In this document: positions 27,836 to 40,532 of the stretch, one piece after another | Numbering within the stretch: position 1 is the stretch's first letter | Layout of the letters: each line of letters opens with the position of its first letter | From: the human T2T-CHM13v2.0 reference genome, Homo sapiens | DNA length: 64,000 nucleotides | Direction: 5' to 3' (one strand) | Assembly (NCBI RefSeq): GCF_009914755.1 | Contig: NC_060934.1 | The notes under the pieces: generated by a model | The model's input: the letters and a program-made list of their open reading frames with translations, nothing else | Database searches by the model: none | Told to the model about the DNA's origin: nothing | Translations under genes and position numbers: made by a program

Positions 27836-28388
27836 ATGCATTTAAAACAATGAAATTCCTTTAGTGCCATGAAAAAGGAACAAAATATAGTGAGGGCTCA
27901 AAGTGAAGAGGAAACCAAACCTGGAACTGGGGACAGGAAATAACAACATCTTTATGGAGACAGCAGCATCTGAGTGGGTCTTAGAGAGTGGATCCCATGT
28001 GATAGGAGTTGATGGGATGGTATGAAGGGGAGCATTCAAGGTGGTGGGGGGAACAATATGAGCAAACAGTTGAAACCCCAAATATGTAGGGACCTTGGAG
28101 GTTATTGGGGTGGGTTTTTAGCTCTAATGGAATATCAGGTAAAAGTTTGGGGGAAATAGGAAAGGTCCTAAGATTCTGATTTCAATGAATAATGAATGAG
28201 GTACATACTGCTGTTACCACTCACACTCTACGTGCATTTCCTCCCCCTCACCGTGTTTGTTGGCATATGAGATTCCTTCTTTCAACCACATACACCATTA
28301 AAGATAAGACCATTAATTTATTTGAGCATAGCTTTTTCCTTGATAGTGTGAAAAATAAGTACACTACAGCAGTGGGTGCTGTCATATG

Positions 28389-28505
28389 TAGGGTGACCAC
28401 TTGTCCTAGTTTGCTAGGGTCTGAGGGGTTTCTTGGGACATGGGACTTTCAGTGTTAAAACTGAGACAGTCAGTTGCAGGCAAACTTGCATCGTTGGTCA
28501 GCTTA
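28389..28505. mobile_element. MER81-like hAT MITE
   Basis: tagggtgaccacttgtcctagtttgc...gggactttcagtgttaaaactg...gcaaac...gttggtcagctta: ~115-bp element with terminal inverted repeats. Confidence 0.8.
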
Positions 28506-29107
28506 ATACCCACACACAACACATGTCCAAAAACCCTTTATTGAGTACAGTAGGATAATTGCTATTGAAAATTTGGTTCTGATTATACAGTGTAGCATTT
28601 GATTTTGGAAGATTTTGTATATCAGGTCAAGGAGATTCTATTTAATTCTGTAGGAACCATGGTGCATGATGCCTCTAAATGTTTTTAAACTTGGGAGTGA
28701 TGTCATTACAGCTATGTGCTAAAATATTGATTTGGCAGCAATGTGTATGGTCAAATTATAGTAAGAGAGAGAAAATCCCCTTAGATTTTGTGTAAGTCTC
28801 CTGGAAAATCCCAGATGACATAATTACTGAGGCAGGCAGAGTGATCTTTTTGGAGAGGCCAAGAAAATTGCTTTAATATGCTATTGTCCAATTGTCAAAT
28901 TTGGGTATTTTGTATAAGAAGAGTTACAATACTGAAGAAGTAAGATGATTAATTTGGATAGGGCATTTTGGAGAAGAAAATAGAGGAAGAAATATATTTT
29001 ACTTTTATGCTACTAATGGAAATCAATCTTGCCTCTTATTGATGTCTCTGCTGCAAAACGGTTGTTATTTTGCAAAAATCCGGATAACAAGTTAAAATGA
29101 TTTTCTA

Positions 29108-29817
29108 CTCTTCAGGTTGATTTTTCCCCAGAAGTAGACCATAAGACGAGGTTGTGAATGCAAGTACTTTATTTGGCAGGTGATTCCAGCAGGGGAAGTG
29201 AGCAAAAGAAAAGAGTGAAGCCCAGACAGATAACATCAAACAGGTTACTGCTGTGGGTATATAGAGCTCAATGCTTCTGGGAACACTGAACATCAATACA
29301 GCACATGCCTTGGAGTTATCCTATGTGAATGGCAAGGAAGCTAATGTGTTTAACCTCAATTCCCCTTGGTTATTGGCTGATAAATGTTCCCCAAAGTATT
29401 AACTCCATTCAGTGCCCAAGATGCCTCACAAATTTGGTGCACATTGTCATGAAATTCAACTGCAACCACTAGCATCTCTTTAGCTGAGGTGTTCCTCTGC
29501 TCAAGTGGTTTGCAGGAAGTTTCAGGAAATTAAAGCCTTCGCTCCTCCCAGAAGCAGCCCAGCTCCTTGACCCCTATGTGAGATAGCTCCAGGGCATGCG
29601 TGCTACTTCATTTCCCAGCACTCTCCTGGAGAATTAAGTTCAAGTTCCCTGAAGTGGCAACTTGCTTGAATAACACGTCTTCATAGACTCCATTCCTGTT
29701 CTCTTGTCTCTCACTCCCTGTCTTTTACCTTTGCTTGGTAGGGTCACTTCCAACATTAACCATCTGTAGCAGAATCCTTGCTCAGAACCTACTCCTAGGG
29801 ACCCCAAGCTAAGAGAG
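29108..29817. mobile_element. Two old ERVL LTR fragments (LTR16/LTR33-like) in opposite orientation
   Basis: Left reads ccccagaagtagacc...gaatgcaagtactttatttggcaggtgattcc (antisense LTR end). Right ends gaatccttgctcag...gggaccccaagctaagaga (sense LTR end). Confidence 0.55.
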
Positions 29818-31315
29818 ATAAAGCGTTACTTTTCATTTTTTAATCTAAATAAAAAGTTAGTTTTTGAAACTGGTTATAAGATAATATTTCATCCATGTTT
29901 TTAGGGGCAGTTGTTAAGCACAGAACCAAAAATCATTTGCTGGGGATTGTTTTGGGTAGAGTCTGCCTGGGGGAAGCTGGGATGTGCTGATGGTTTCACA
30001 CCGCATTGCTAAGCCTGGCCTCTACTATTTCATTGTAATGACGGCCACCTCCCAATTGGGGGCAGTGAACGAAAGAAACATATACATTCAAATATAAAAA
30101 TGATTTCATAGTTTATAACAGGCAGTTAATAGTAAGGCATCCCAATTTATTCTTGTTTTATACAAAAAATAATTCAGATCTTAAAATCTGAAGATGAAAA
30201 ATTTGTGCTTTAAAGAGAATTATGAAGCTCTGGAGGTTGTATAACTACCTCATCACTCACCCGCTTAATGACTATAGTTACGATTTCCAAAAGAAAATAT
30301 ATATCCAATTATTTCACTGACTGTTAAAGAACATAGTAGACTACAAAAGAGCTTGTTTGGGGTGGGAAAATGTCAATGTACAATGGAAAAGAACAAATTA
30401 TAGTTACCAGGTCCTCACTCTATGTTTTAATATTAATATGTTGCTATGTTTTTGGGACACATTGTTTCAGAAAATTTGTCTCAGGTTTCCATATTTTATG
30501 AGATGATTTCATTAGCTATGGAATGTCTATTTTTGTTACTGCTAAGGGGAGCTCAAGAACTTCAAATCATAATTGAAATATTCCATTGATGTGGTTGCTT
30601 AGCAACAAACTTTTATATAAGTAGACTAATCATTTTACTTACAGTTTTGTTACTTTAAACTTTTTGACTTATTTTCAGCAGATCACCTCACTGTGAAATG
30701 TGTTTTTTCCTTCACAGCTTTAAATGCATATTTGTATCTGAGATGAATGTTTCATAGACCATAGCCAAAATTTGACTTCCTTTGAATGATCTCTATGAAC
30801 AAGGTTGACTTGGGATCGTTGGAATTAAGGAAAATTTTGTGACTAGCAGGACTGTTTTTTTTTTAAATTCCAAAAACAACCTAAATAATGCTAGGGTTGT
30901 TAAGAGCAGCAATTAACTTCGTTGTCTTCGTTGTCAATTCAAAATGACAGGCCATGGATCCCACATGTGCTTTCTTGCCACCTCCTCCTCATTGTCTGAG
31001 CCTATCCACTCCCAATCACTCTCTGTCAGGAAAAAATAACTCTCAAATACTCACCATACTAACAATTATTTTCTTGGCAAGTTTCTAACAGTGTAATCGC
31101 AGAGTTTTTATACCTTATTTTTTTAAATCAGTGTGTAATTATTTTCATGTAGGTTTACAAGGAGCTGTGGGGGGTGGTTAGTGGACAGTGTATGAGCTCT
31201 GGAGTCATATGGGCTTGCTATAATGTTTACTCATTGGGTAACCTTAACTAAGTTAGTTAATGCCTCTGAGTCTTAGCTTCATCATTTACACAGGGCCATA
31301 GAAATACATCTTATA

Positions 31316-31651
<336 letters not shown>

Positions 31652-34231
31652 CTATTGTGAGAATTAAGGATGATATACAAGGAATGCCATTTCTAGATGT
31701 AGGTGCTCAAGAAAGGGTAGGAGTGAAAACATGGCTAAAGTGTTGCTGAGATTATCTAGTTCAAGCTCCTGATAGACTGTTGTCCTGTGGACCAAACATG
31801 ACCTATGGATAAATCCATTGTTGTTATACTTGCATTTACTGGTCAGTGTATCTTTCCCTACAAATACTTCCTAAACTATTACTCACTGTTGGTCACCACG
31901 ATGTGTTTGGTAGGATACAATTTTGTGTAAGATAACATTCCCTGCTCTAGTGTGGGTGCCTAGTTTTGGAGTAGACAGAGATATTAAAGAATAAATTTAG
32001 CCACAAAAATAACGTTACATATAATTTTTCAATAAAGGGGAGATGAGGAATATTCCTAGAAATAAATATTTACTCTCTTTGATATAGGAGACAGCATAAA
32101 TTTTTATTCATTTAATTTATAGCTGCTTGGATGTATATGGTTGTATCACATAGGAAGTTTGTATTTGCACCAAATTCTTAAAGATTCTACTCACTTCACT
32201 CAATCCACATCATTCCTTTGTCTCCTAAACTGTTCTATTCAGTTCCATGGAAGTAAAATAACTCAGGTATTGTTTAATCACATTGAAGGCTCTCTGTAAA
32301 CATGCCTATTGTCCACTGCTGTGGTGGAAAAAGCTTTGTAGCAAAGAATCTTGGTTTGATACACCTTCTATTACTATTTATGAGGGCTCTGACAAGCCAC
32401 TAACAATCCAATTGGGCCTGATTTTTTTCTTTGATCAAAGGGGTATAATAATACTCTCAATGTTGAAGGGAAAAGTAAAGGAGATAATGTGACAAAAATG
32501 CTGAGCACCATGCTAGGTAAAGAGCAGATGATTACTTATGTCCTCCGTCATATATTCATCACATTACAGACTTATATTGAGAAGTTAGTATATGCTAGGT
32601 GTCATTTTGGTTGTAGAAATAAGGAAAGCATATATTCTGTCCTTGACAAACCTATACATTAATAATGGAAGAACAGCATGTAAAAAAACAAATAATAGTA
32701 ACAATACACACTATTTTTTAAAGCAGAATCTTATGGAGAAAGCAAGAAGAGGACCACATACTTCATGGCAGAGTCTGGAAAGGGCTCAAGAAAGAGAACA
32801 TTGGGACTGCATATTAGAGGAGAAGCAGGAGCTTGCCATCTAAATAAAGGGATAAATGGGAAGGATTTGAATGATTGAAATTCAGAAGAGAAATACTAGG
32901 ATTTCATACTCCATATTTCAATTTTTGAATGAAAACCTGTGCATTATTTTTTAACAGATTGTCCTTGTGAAAGGACAAATGAGAGATTTAGTATCCACTT
33001 ATTAGCCCTGAAATCACACACTTTTAGGCATGGAACTCTATTCCAAGCATTGCTGGGAATGAGGTATTTGATAATATTATGTCAAGAGCATCACATTTAT
33101 TACCTCCAGGAAATTACAGTGTCAGAGCTGTAGACTTAATGCAGCTAATGTCTACAGAAAGTAAAAAAATAATCATCAAATCCATGAATTAGGCACTTTT
33201 TATATTTCAGTAATAATTTGTTTCAAGTCAGATACTCTGCTGTGTTTAAAGGCATTAATGGCCATAGCAAATTAAACTAGATTTAATTTTCTCTAACAGA
33301 TATGAATTTCAGACATCTTTATCTTGTGGAGAAACTCAGACTCCATCCTTACTCTTAAGTGCTGATGCAGACTTAAAAATCTTATTTAGTAGAAAGTTAT
33401 TATCTACAGTTTTCTATGATTCTACCCCTGACTCATGAATTGCTAAGGCACTGTTTTCTAATATTTACAACTGACTGCTGATTTTGGTGCTTCTCCTGTA
33501 TGTGGGAGTAGCTGATCAGGGGAAACTATGGTAGTTTGACTATTGCTTTTGTGTTTAAGATGTTAATTTATCTTCTTGGTTAATGTTATCCCAATTCCTG
33601 TGCCTGAACTAACACATTTATTATTTTTAGCACCCTTATATTTACATCAAATTACTACCCACATGATGGTTTTTCATTAGGAAGCTTTAGCTTAAGATAT
33701 AAATTTATCTTTTTCTAGTAGAGTTATTATATAATGCAAATGTTTAAGAAGGGTTTAAGTCTCATGAATGGATGACCTTAGTGTCAGAGATGTTGCTATT
33801 ATGATCTGGTTTGCTGCAGAACTGAGACTGGGAGGCAGTAACATATTTCACGTTGTTTGGGGACTTACCCAGCTCTGGTGACAATGAGCTATGCGGGGAA
33901 GCCCCTTGATTTTCCATTTGCCAATGCTCCTAAGACAATATTTCAGAAAGAGCCTTGTTGAAAATTATCAACATATGTCATGTCTTGCAATTTTATGGTG
34001 CATAACTTCCCACAATGAATATCCCAGTAGATCACTTTGGTTCTATGCTCTGATATGTGTAGTACTTCCAGAAATCTACTGGTGTAAGACCATTTTGCCA
34101 ATTGATCCTTTGGTGTTATTTTTTAGTTGATTCTGTTCCTGTTACCTGGAGAACCTAAATTTCTGTCTGAAATCATCCTTAGTGTTTGCAAAGAAAACCC
34201 CTCTTTGGAGTTCTATCACTGTCTGCTCTTC

Positions 34232-34580
34232 TTTTTTTAATTGACAAACAAAATTGTATAAATTTATTGTGTAGAACATGATGTTTTTATATATGTATAT
34301 GTTGTGGAATGGTTAAATCAAGCTAACTAGAATATGCATTACCTCATCTACTTATGGTTTTTTTTTTTTGTGGTAAGAACACTTAAAATCTACTCTGTTA
34401 GCAATTTTTAAGTATATAATACTTTGTTATTAACTACAGTCATCATGATATGTAAAAGATCTCTTGAATTTATTCCTCCTATCTAACTGACATTTTGTAT
34501 CCTTTGACCAATATCTCCCCAGTCTCCCAGACTCTGGTAACTACCATTCTAAACTCTGCTTCTAGGAGATTGACTTTACT
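34232..34580 (-). mobile_element. L1MA (L1MA8/9-like) 3' end
   Basis: taattgacaaacaaaattgtata...aaatcaagctaa...gaacacttaaaatctactct...cctttgaccaatatctcccc...ctggtaactaccattct. Confidence 0.85.
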
Positions 34581-34876
34581 CTTCTGCACATACTCACAAT
34601 TCCAAAAAGGTAGGGGAAATGATGTCCATTTCTCTTTAGCTGTTCCTTTTTCTCAATCTTAGATTATGGTCACCACCACTGTCCCTATCTGCACCCCCAT
34701 CCCAAGTGAAGTTACTGTTTTCTGTAGCTCTTCCTGGGGGTTCTATCCTGATATAAGACCAAAAACAAGATAAACAAAGGTGATAACTGATGTCAGGATG
34801 GTAAATTATAGGTAATCTTTCCTAAGTTCCTTAACATTGTTATTACTTCTATAAAAAGAAACAGAAACAAAAACAT

Positions 34877-34879
<3 letters not shown>

Positions 34880-34916
<37 letters not shown>
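34880..34916. repeat. (AC)n microsatellite
   Basis: About 18 AC units, read directly. Confidence 0.95.
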
Positions 34917-34917
<1 letters not shown>

Positions 34918-35956
34918 CTCGACACGTCTTGAATTTTCTGCAATACAGTAGGGTGATTAAAGGCAGAGGATTTGAAGTCTGGTTCAAGGTGGAGTCCTAA
35001 ATATGCTTACTTACTAGTCCTGTGATCTTGGGAATCTCTATGGTCCTCAGTTTTATCATTTTTCCAGAGCAGATGGAAGAATCAAATAAGATTAACACAG
35101 TGACTGGTTAAAACCTAGGTATTGGTTAATGGTAGATATTAACCTAATAATATTTCTCTGGTTGACTTGATATGCTTGGCATATACACAGATTACATTTC
35201 AAAAATCCAAAAGGTTTTGAATTCTGAAATACACATGATCTCAAGGATTTCTTAAGAAAGCCTAAAATATGGCATCCATGCTGTTATTTCTTTTATTTTA
35301 CTCAGAAGTTGCTCATTATTCATAATATGGCCCAGGATGCAAACAAAACAAAACAAAACAAACAAACAAAAACACAAAAAAACCCTTCTGTGGTTTACCC
35401 ATGGTCTATTCTTGTATGAGATATTCTTCTCTGGCACAGTTTTCCCTCACAGAGACCCTGAGGGTATTTGAAGTAAGAATGATCCCCCACTACACTTTTG
35501 CTGGCATTCATGTCGTAGGATTTTCACACAAATCCCTTAACAGAACAAAATAGAATTGTCATGAGTACAAAAAGTGACTTGTTCATGCTGCCAAAATTCT
35601 GATTTTTCAGTGTCCTTTGCTTCACTCGTGGTAATTGAAAAGACAGAGTGTTTCCTGGTTTCCTTTCTGTACTGGCTTTTGCTGGGGAATCTTACGAATC
35701 AGGATTCTTGAACATGGGTATCACTTCCATTGCTTTCAGCAGTCACAGACAATTGGTGTAATTTCAGCTGCCTTAAAACATGCCATGAAAACCAAATTTC
35801 CTTTCTTTTCTCTAGTTGCTGTTTTTCTCTCCTTCACCGCCTTCTCTGGGTCTTTCTCTTATATGTGTTGTTTCTGGTCTCCTTGGAAATACTTTATTCC
35901 ACTCATATGAACACTTCCTTCTCCCTGGCTCCTTCTGTGTCACATGCTGTCCACCC

Positions 35957-36319
<363 letters not shown>

Positions 36320-36339
36320 TAGTTACCTTGCCATGTTTT

Positions 36340-36630
36340 TCTTTTCCCCACCTTTATTGAGGTATGATTGACAAATAAAAATTGCATATATTTAAGATGT
36401 CCAATGTGATGTTTTGATATACATATACATTGTGAGATGATAACCAGAATCAAGCTAATTAACATATTCATCACTTCACATAGTTACTATTTTGGAGAGT
36501 GTTGAGAATACTTCAGGTCCACTCTGTTGGCTAATTTCAAGTAGACAATACATCATTACTAACTATATTTATCATCCTGTACATTAGGTCCCCAGAACTT
36601 ATGGTATCTTGTAACTGAAAGTTTGTACCT
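36340..36630 (-). mobile_element. L1MA (L1MA9-like) 3' end
   Basis: ctttattgaggtatgattgacaaataaaaattg...aatcaagctaattaacat...ctgtacattaggtcccagaactt...taactgaaagtttgtacc. Flanked by ccatgtttt on both sides. Confidence 0.85.
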
Positions 36631-36704
36631 TACCATGTTTTCATATGTGTCATATGTATGGTTAAAAAGTCATTGTCTCCAGTCATATAACCCTAATGGG
36701 AAGA

Positions 36705-37194
36705 TGCATTAGTTATCTATTGCTGCATAACAAATTACTCCAATATTTAGTGACTTAAAATAATAAACCTTGTTGAGTGGTGCTGATTCAGGCTCTCTCA
36801 TGAGGTTGCAGTCAAGATGTCAAGTGGGTCTGCGGTCGTTCGAAGGCTTGGCTGAGGCTGGAGTGTCTGCTCCAAGCTCACTCATGTGGCTATTGGTCAG
36901 AGGCCCCAGTTCCTCCCCTTATGGGCCTGTCTGTGTGAGCTCCTTTGGCTTCCCCACAGCATGGCAACTGGGTTGAAAGGCCAAGCATTCTGAGTGACAG
37001 CACCAAACACGAGCCATGTTGTATTTTACAAGCTATCCTTGCAAGCTGCACAACATCATGTCTATCACATTCTTTTGGTTCAAGGGGATAGAAGGCAGTC
37101 TGAATTTTAATGAGGAGTGGCAAGGTTCTGGAAGAGAATGTGGAAATATAAAAATATTGCTGTTGCAAAACTTTTAGAAACTATTATCTGCTAC
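36705..37194 (-). mobile_element. MLT1 (F/G-like) MaLR LTR
   Basis: tgcattagttatctattgctgcataacaaattac...ctctcatgaggttgcagtcaagatgtc...ccaagctcactcatgtggct...atctgctaca. Confidence 0.8.
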
Positions 37195-37405
37195 ACTGAA
37201 TTTTCTAAATCATAGAGTACTCAGACCAGATAAGATCTCTAGAGATTCATCTAGGCCAGGACTGGAGCTAGAGAGGAGGACAGAGTGGAGTAAAGACCAG
37301 TATGTAGCTTTTGATCAGCCTCTATGACATAAAGGTAAACAGTTTGGGCTTTTTTTCCAGTTGCATTTTAGCTACCATCTTTCTTGAATTCATTCCCATT
37401 TGATT

Positions 37406-38599
37406 AGGCTGGATGAAGACATAGTAATTCAAAGTCAAGAATTGTATCTTGCTACTTGGTTTTCTTACTTCCCTGACCTGATTTCTCAGGGAGATAATTA
37501 GAAGTTCAATGTTGAGCTCATCATTCTTTATTACTCAGCTGGACTGGCCCAAAATTTACCTTCAAAAGTGATTTTTGCTGGATAAAGTGATGATTGGAAA
37601 TGAATGATATGAGATCACACCATATTATTTTTTCCAAATTCTGATTTCTAAGTATTTGCAGAATAGAAGTTCATTACAGAAATGATGTTTATAAATAATA
37701 TATTACATATAATATAACGTATAATTATATTACATATAAATAATGTATAATTATATTACATATAAATCTATCACAAATGTGATACTTAAAAAAAATTATT
37801 GAGAGAAATAGCCCCTCTCTAATCTTACTCTTTTCCCCTCAACTTAGAGCTAGATGCAAAGTGTCTTTTAATCAATTCTGTCATGAAATGAAAAGCTCTC
37901 TCTTGGGATCATTGGGGTTCTGTGCTTTCAGTGTGCCTGATTAAGCAGAATTCTAGAAGAAGAGGTTTGATTTTTATGTAGAGGACAAGGCAAGTGAAGG
38001 ACTAGAAAGACTCCATATCCCTGTCCTATTAATCAACCTGTCTCATTAGGCTGTCTATATTGCTAGTAATTAATCCTGTCCTTGATTGACAAAAGCTGCA
38101 CTATCACTTCTTTATACATTTTTTGCTACCCATCAGATACTTCATTCAAAACTCGCAGTAATTTATTCTGTGCATAAGTAATTCACTTTTGTATAAAGCA
38201 TCCCATAACAAGTTACCAATAACCACTTGGGTTTTAAGCTATAGCAGGAATGTGTGTAGCAAGTTAATGTATATATTATTATATATATTAATATTATATG
38301 TAACATATTATATATATACACATTATTTCTGTAATGAACTATTCTGCAAATACTTAGAAATCAGAATTTGGAAAAAATAATATGATGTGATCTCATATCA
38401 TTCATTTCCAATCATCACTTTATCCAGCAAAAATCACTTTTGAAGGTAAATTTTGGGCCAGTCCAGCTGAGTAATAAAGAATGATGAGTTCAACATTGAA
38501 CTTCTAATTATCTCCCTGAGAAATGAGGTCAGGGAAGTAAGAAAACCAAGTAGGAAGATACAATTCTTGACTTTGAATTACCATGTCTTCATTCAGCCT
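37406..38599. repeat. Inverted duplication: arms 37406-37715 and 38291-38599, 575-bp spacer
   Basis: Manual alignment gives 6 substitutions over the outer ~259 bp, then a 3-bp indel and looser AT-rich homology inward. Confidence 0.95.
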
Positions 38600-38601
38600 G
38601 G

Positions 38602-38700
38602 TATATATATTATAGTATATATTTATATACAATATAATATAATATAATTAATATAATATAATATAATATAATATAATATAATATAATATAATATAATATA
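38602..38700. repeat. AT microsatellite, (TA)n grading into (ATATA)n
   Basis: Read directly; abuts the right inverted-repeat arm. Confidence 0.95.
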
Positions 38701-38768
38701 ACCAGGAAGAAAAACAAATGGGAGGATGAAAGGGAAGATCCCCTCATACAGGAATATTGAAAACTTAA

Positions 38769-39076
<308 letters not shown>

Positions 39077-40532
39077 GCTAATTTTTTACTAAAGAATACC
39101 TAAAAATGTGGTTAAAAAGTCACTCTCCTGAGAGGTTCATTACTTTGGAACATCACTTTCTGTGGCTTGTGTATAATTGCTATTGTTTGATATTGAACCA
39201 TTTCTCTGCTGCAGCCTGCTCTGCAAAGGCTGTCTTCATATTCCTGTCTTTCAAGGGCCCTATGGAAATGAAACCGCCCTCAATCTTGTGAAACCGGATC
39301 TTCACTCAATTCCTGGATCCACCTTCCTTTTGTCCCTTTCAGGATAGTTTCTTCTTTCCATTTCATAGGGTATGTTCTGTGCTTTAGCCCACATTATCTT
39401 TTTCTTTATTCTTTGGAGCAATGCAACATTTATTGAGTATATGCTATGCACCATGACTGACAGAGATGAAAGAAACTGTCTCTGCTCAAGAAACTAACAT
39501 GGTTGGGATAATAAGCTTTCTCTTGAAGATGCAAGTATCTATGTTTGGGTTATAGAAGAATCAGTTTTTCAAATATTATACATGGTCTTAATCCCATTAC
39601 TTTCTATATTATCATCATCATGATCATGATCATCATCATCATCACACCCACACCTTACAATTCTATGCTACTTTCAGAATTCTGAAAGAAGACTTTTTCC
39701 TATTATCTCATTTGATTCTATGCCAGTCGTTTGTTCTATATTTTCCTTTCTATATTATAGATTAATAAACTAAAACTTATAAAGTACCTCACAAAATTGT
39801 AACCTGAAAAGTATATTCTGGAGCTGAGATTAGAATCCATATTCCCTGATGCTTATCTATGTCCTCTTTCCACTAAGCCACACTTTTTCACTTAATGATT
39901 ATCTAAGATCAATGCATTAAAATGGAGGAAATTGGTACTGGATAAAGGAGGAAATAATTTTGGATCTTGGCACAACATTAGAGATTCCAACAGTTCTGAG
40001 TGGAGGGTTCTGTGTTGTTTATGACTGTGTAAGGACAATGGTATCTGGTGGTACAGAATTCAGGTAACAGGGTCAACTTTATCTATTAAAAATGTTTCTT
40101 AGGATCAAGCCTGTGACTCAAAGGCAAGAAGGAAAGCTTTCTCATTTCTACCTCTTTTTATTTTTTAACTTAACTGTAATGTTTTCTGCTCCTAGATACT
40201 CAATCTTAAGGCCACCACTCTCTGTAGTTCTAATTTTCTTTTATATATAGGTTAAATAAACCCTTGTAGAACAATACAAGAACACAAACGCCATGTGTAA
40301 TCTTGCTCCTAAGAAAAAATTCATTTTGAGTTTTCAATGATCCATTCTCAAGGGGAATTTTCTCTCTTTCCTTGGTAAACAGATCTTGTTCTTAATTTAT
40401 GACTCAACTTACACATTCGAGGCAGACTTTTGAAAAATTTCTTTGTTTGCTGATTGGATTCTTAACTTCTGATATTCTGTCTTTTATTGTGGTTCTCCCC
40501 CGTAACAGAAAGTTTTAGGCATACGAAGTAAT

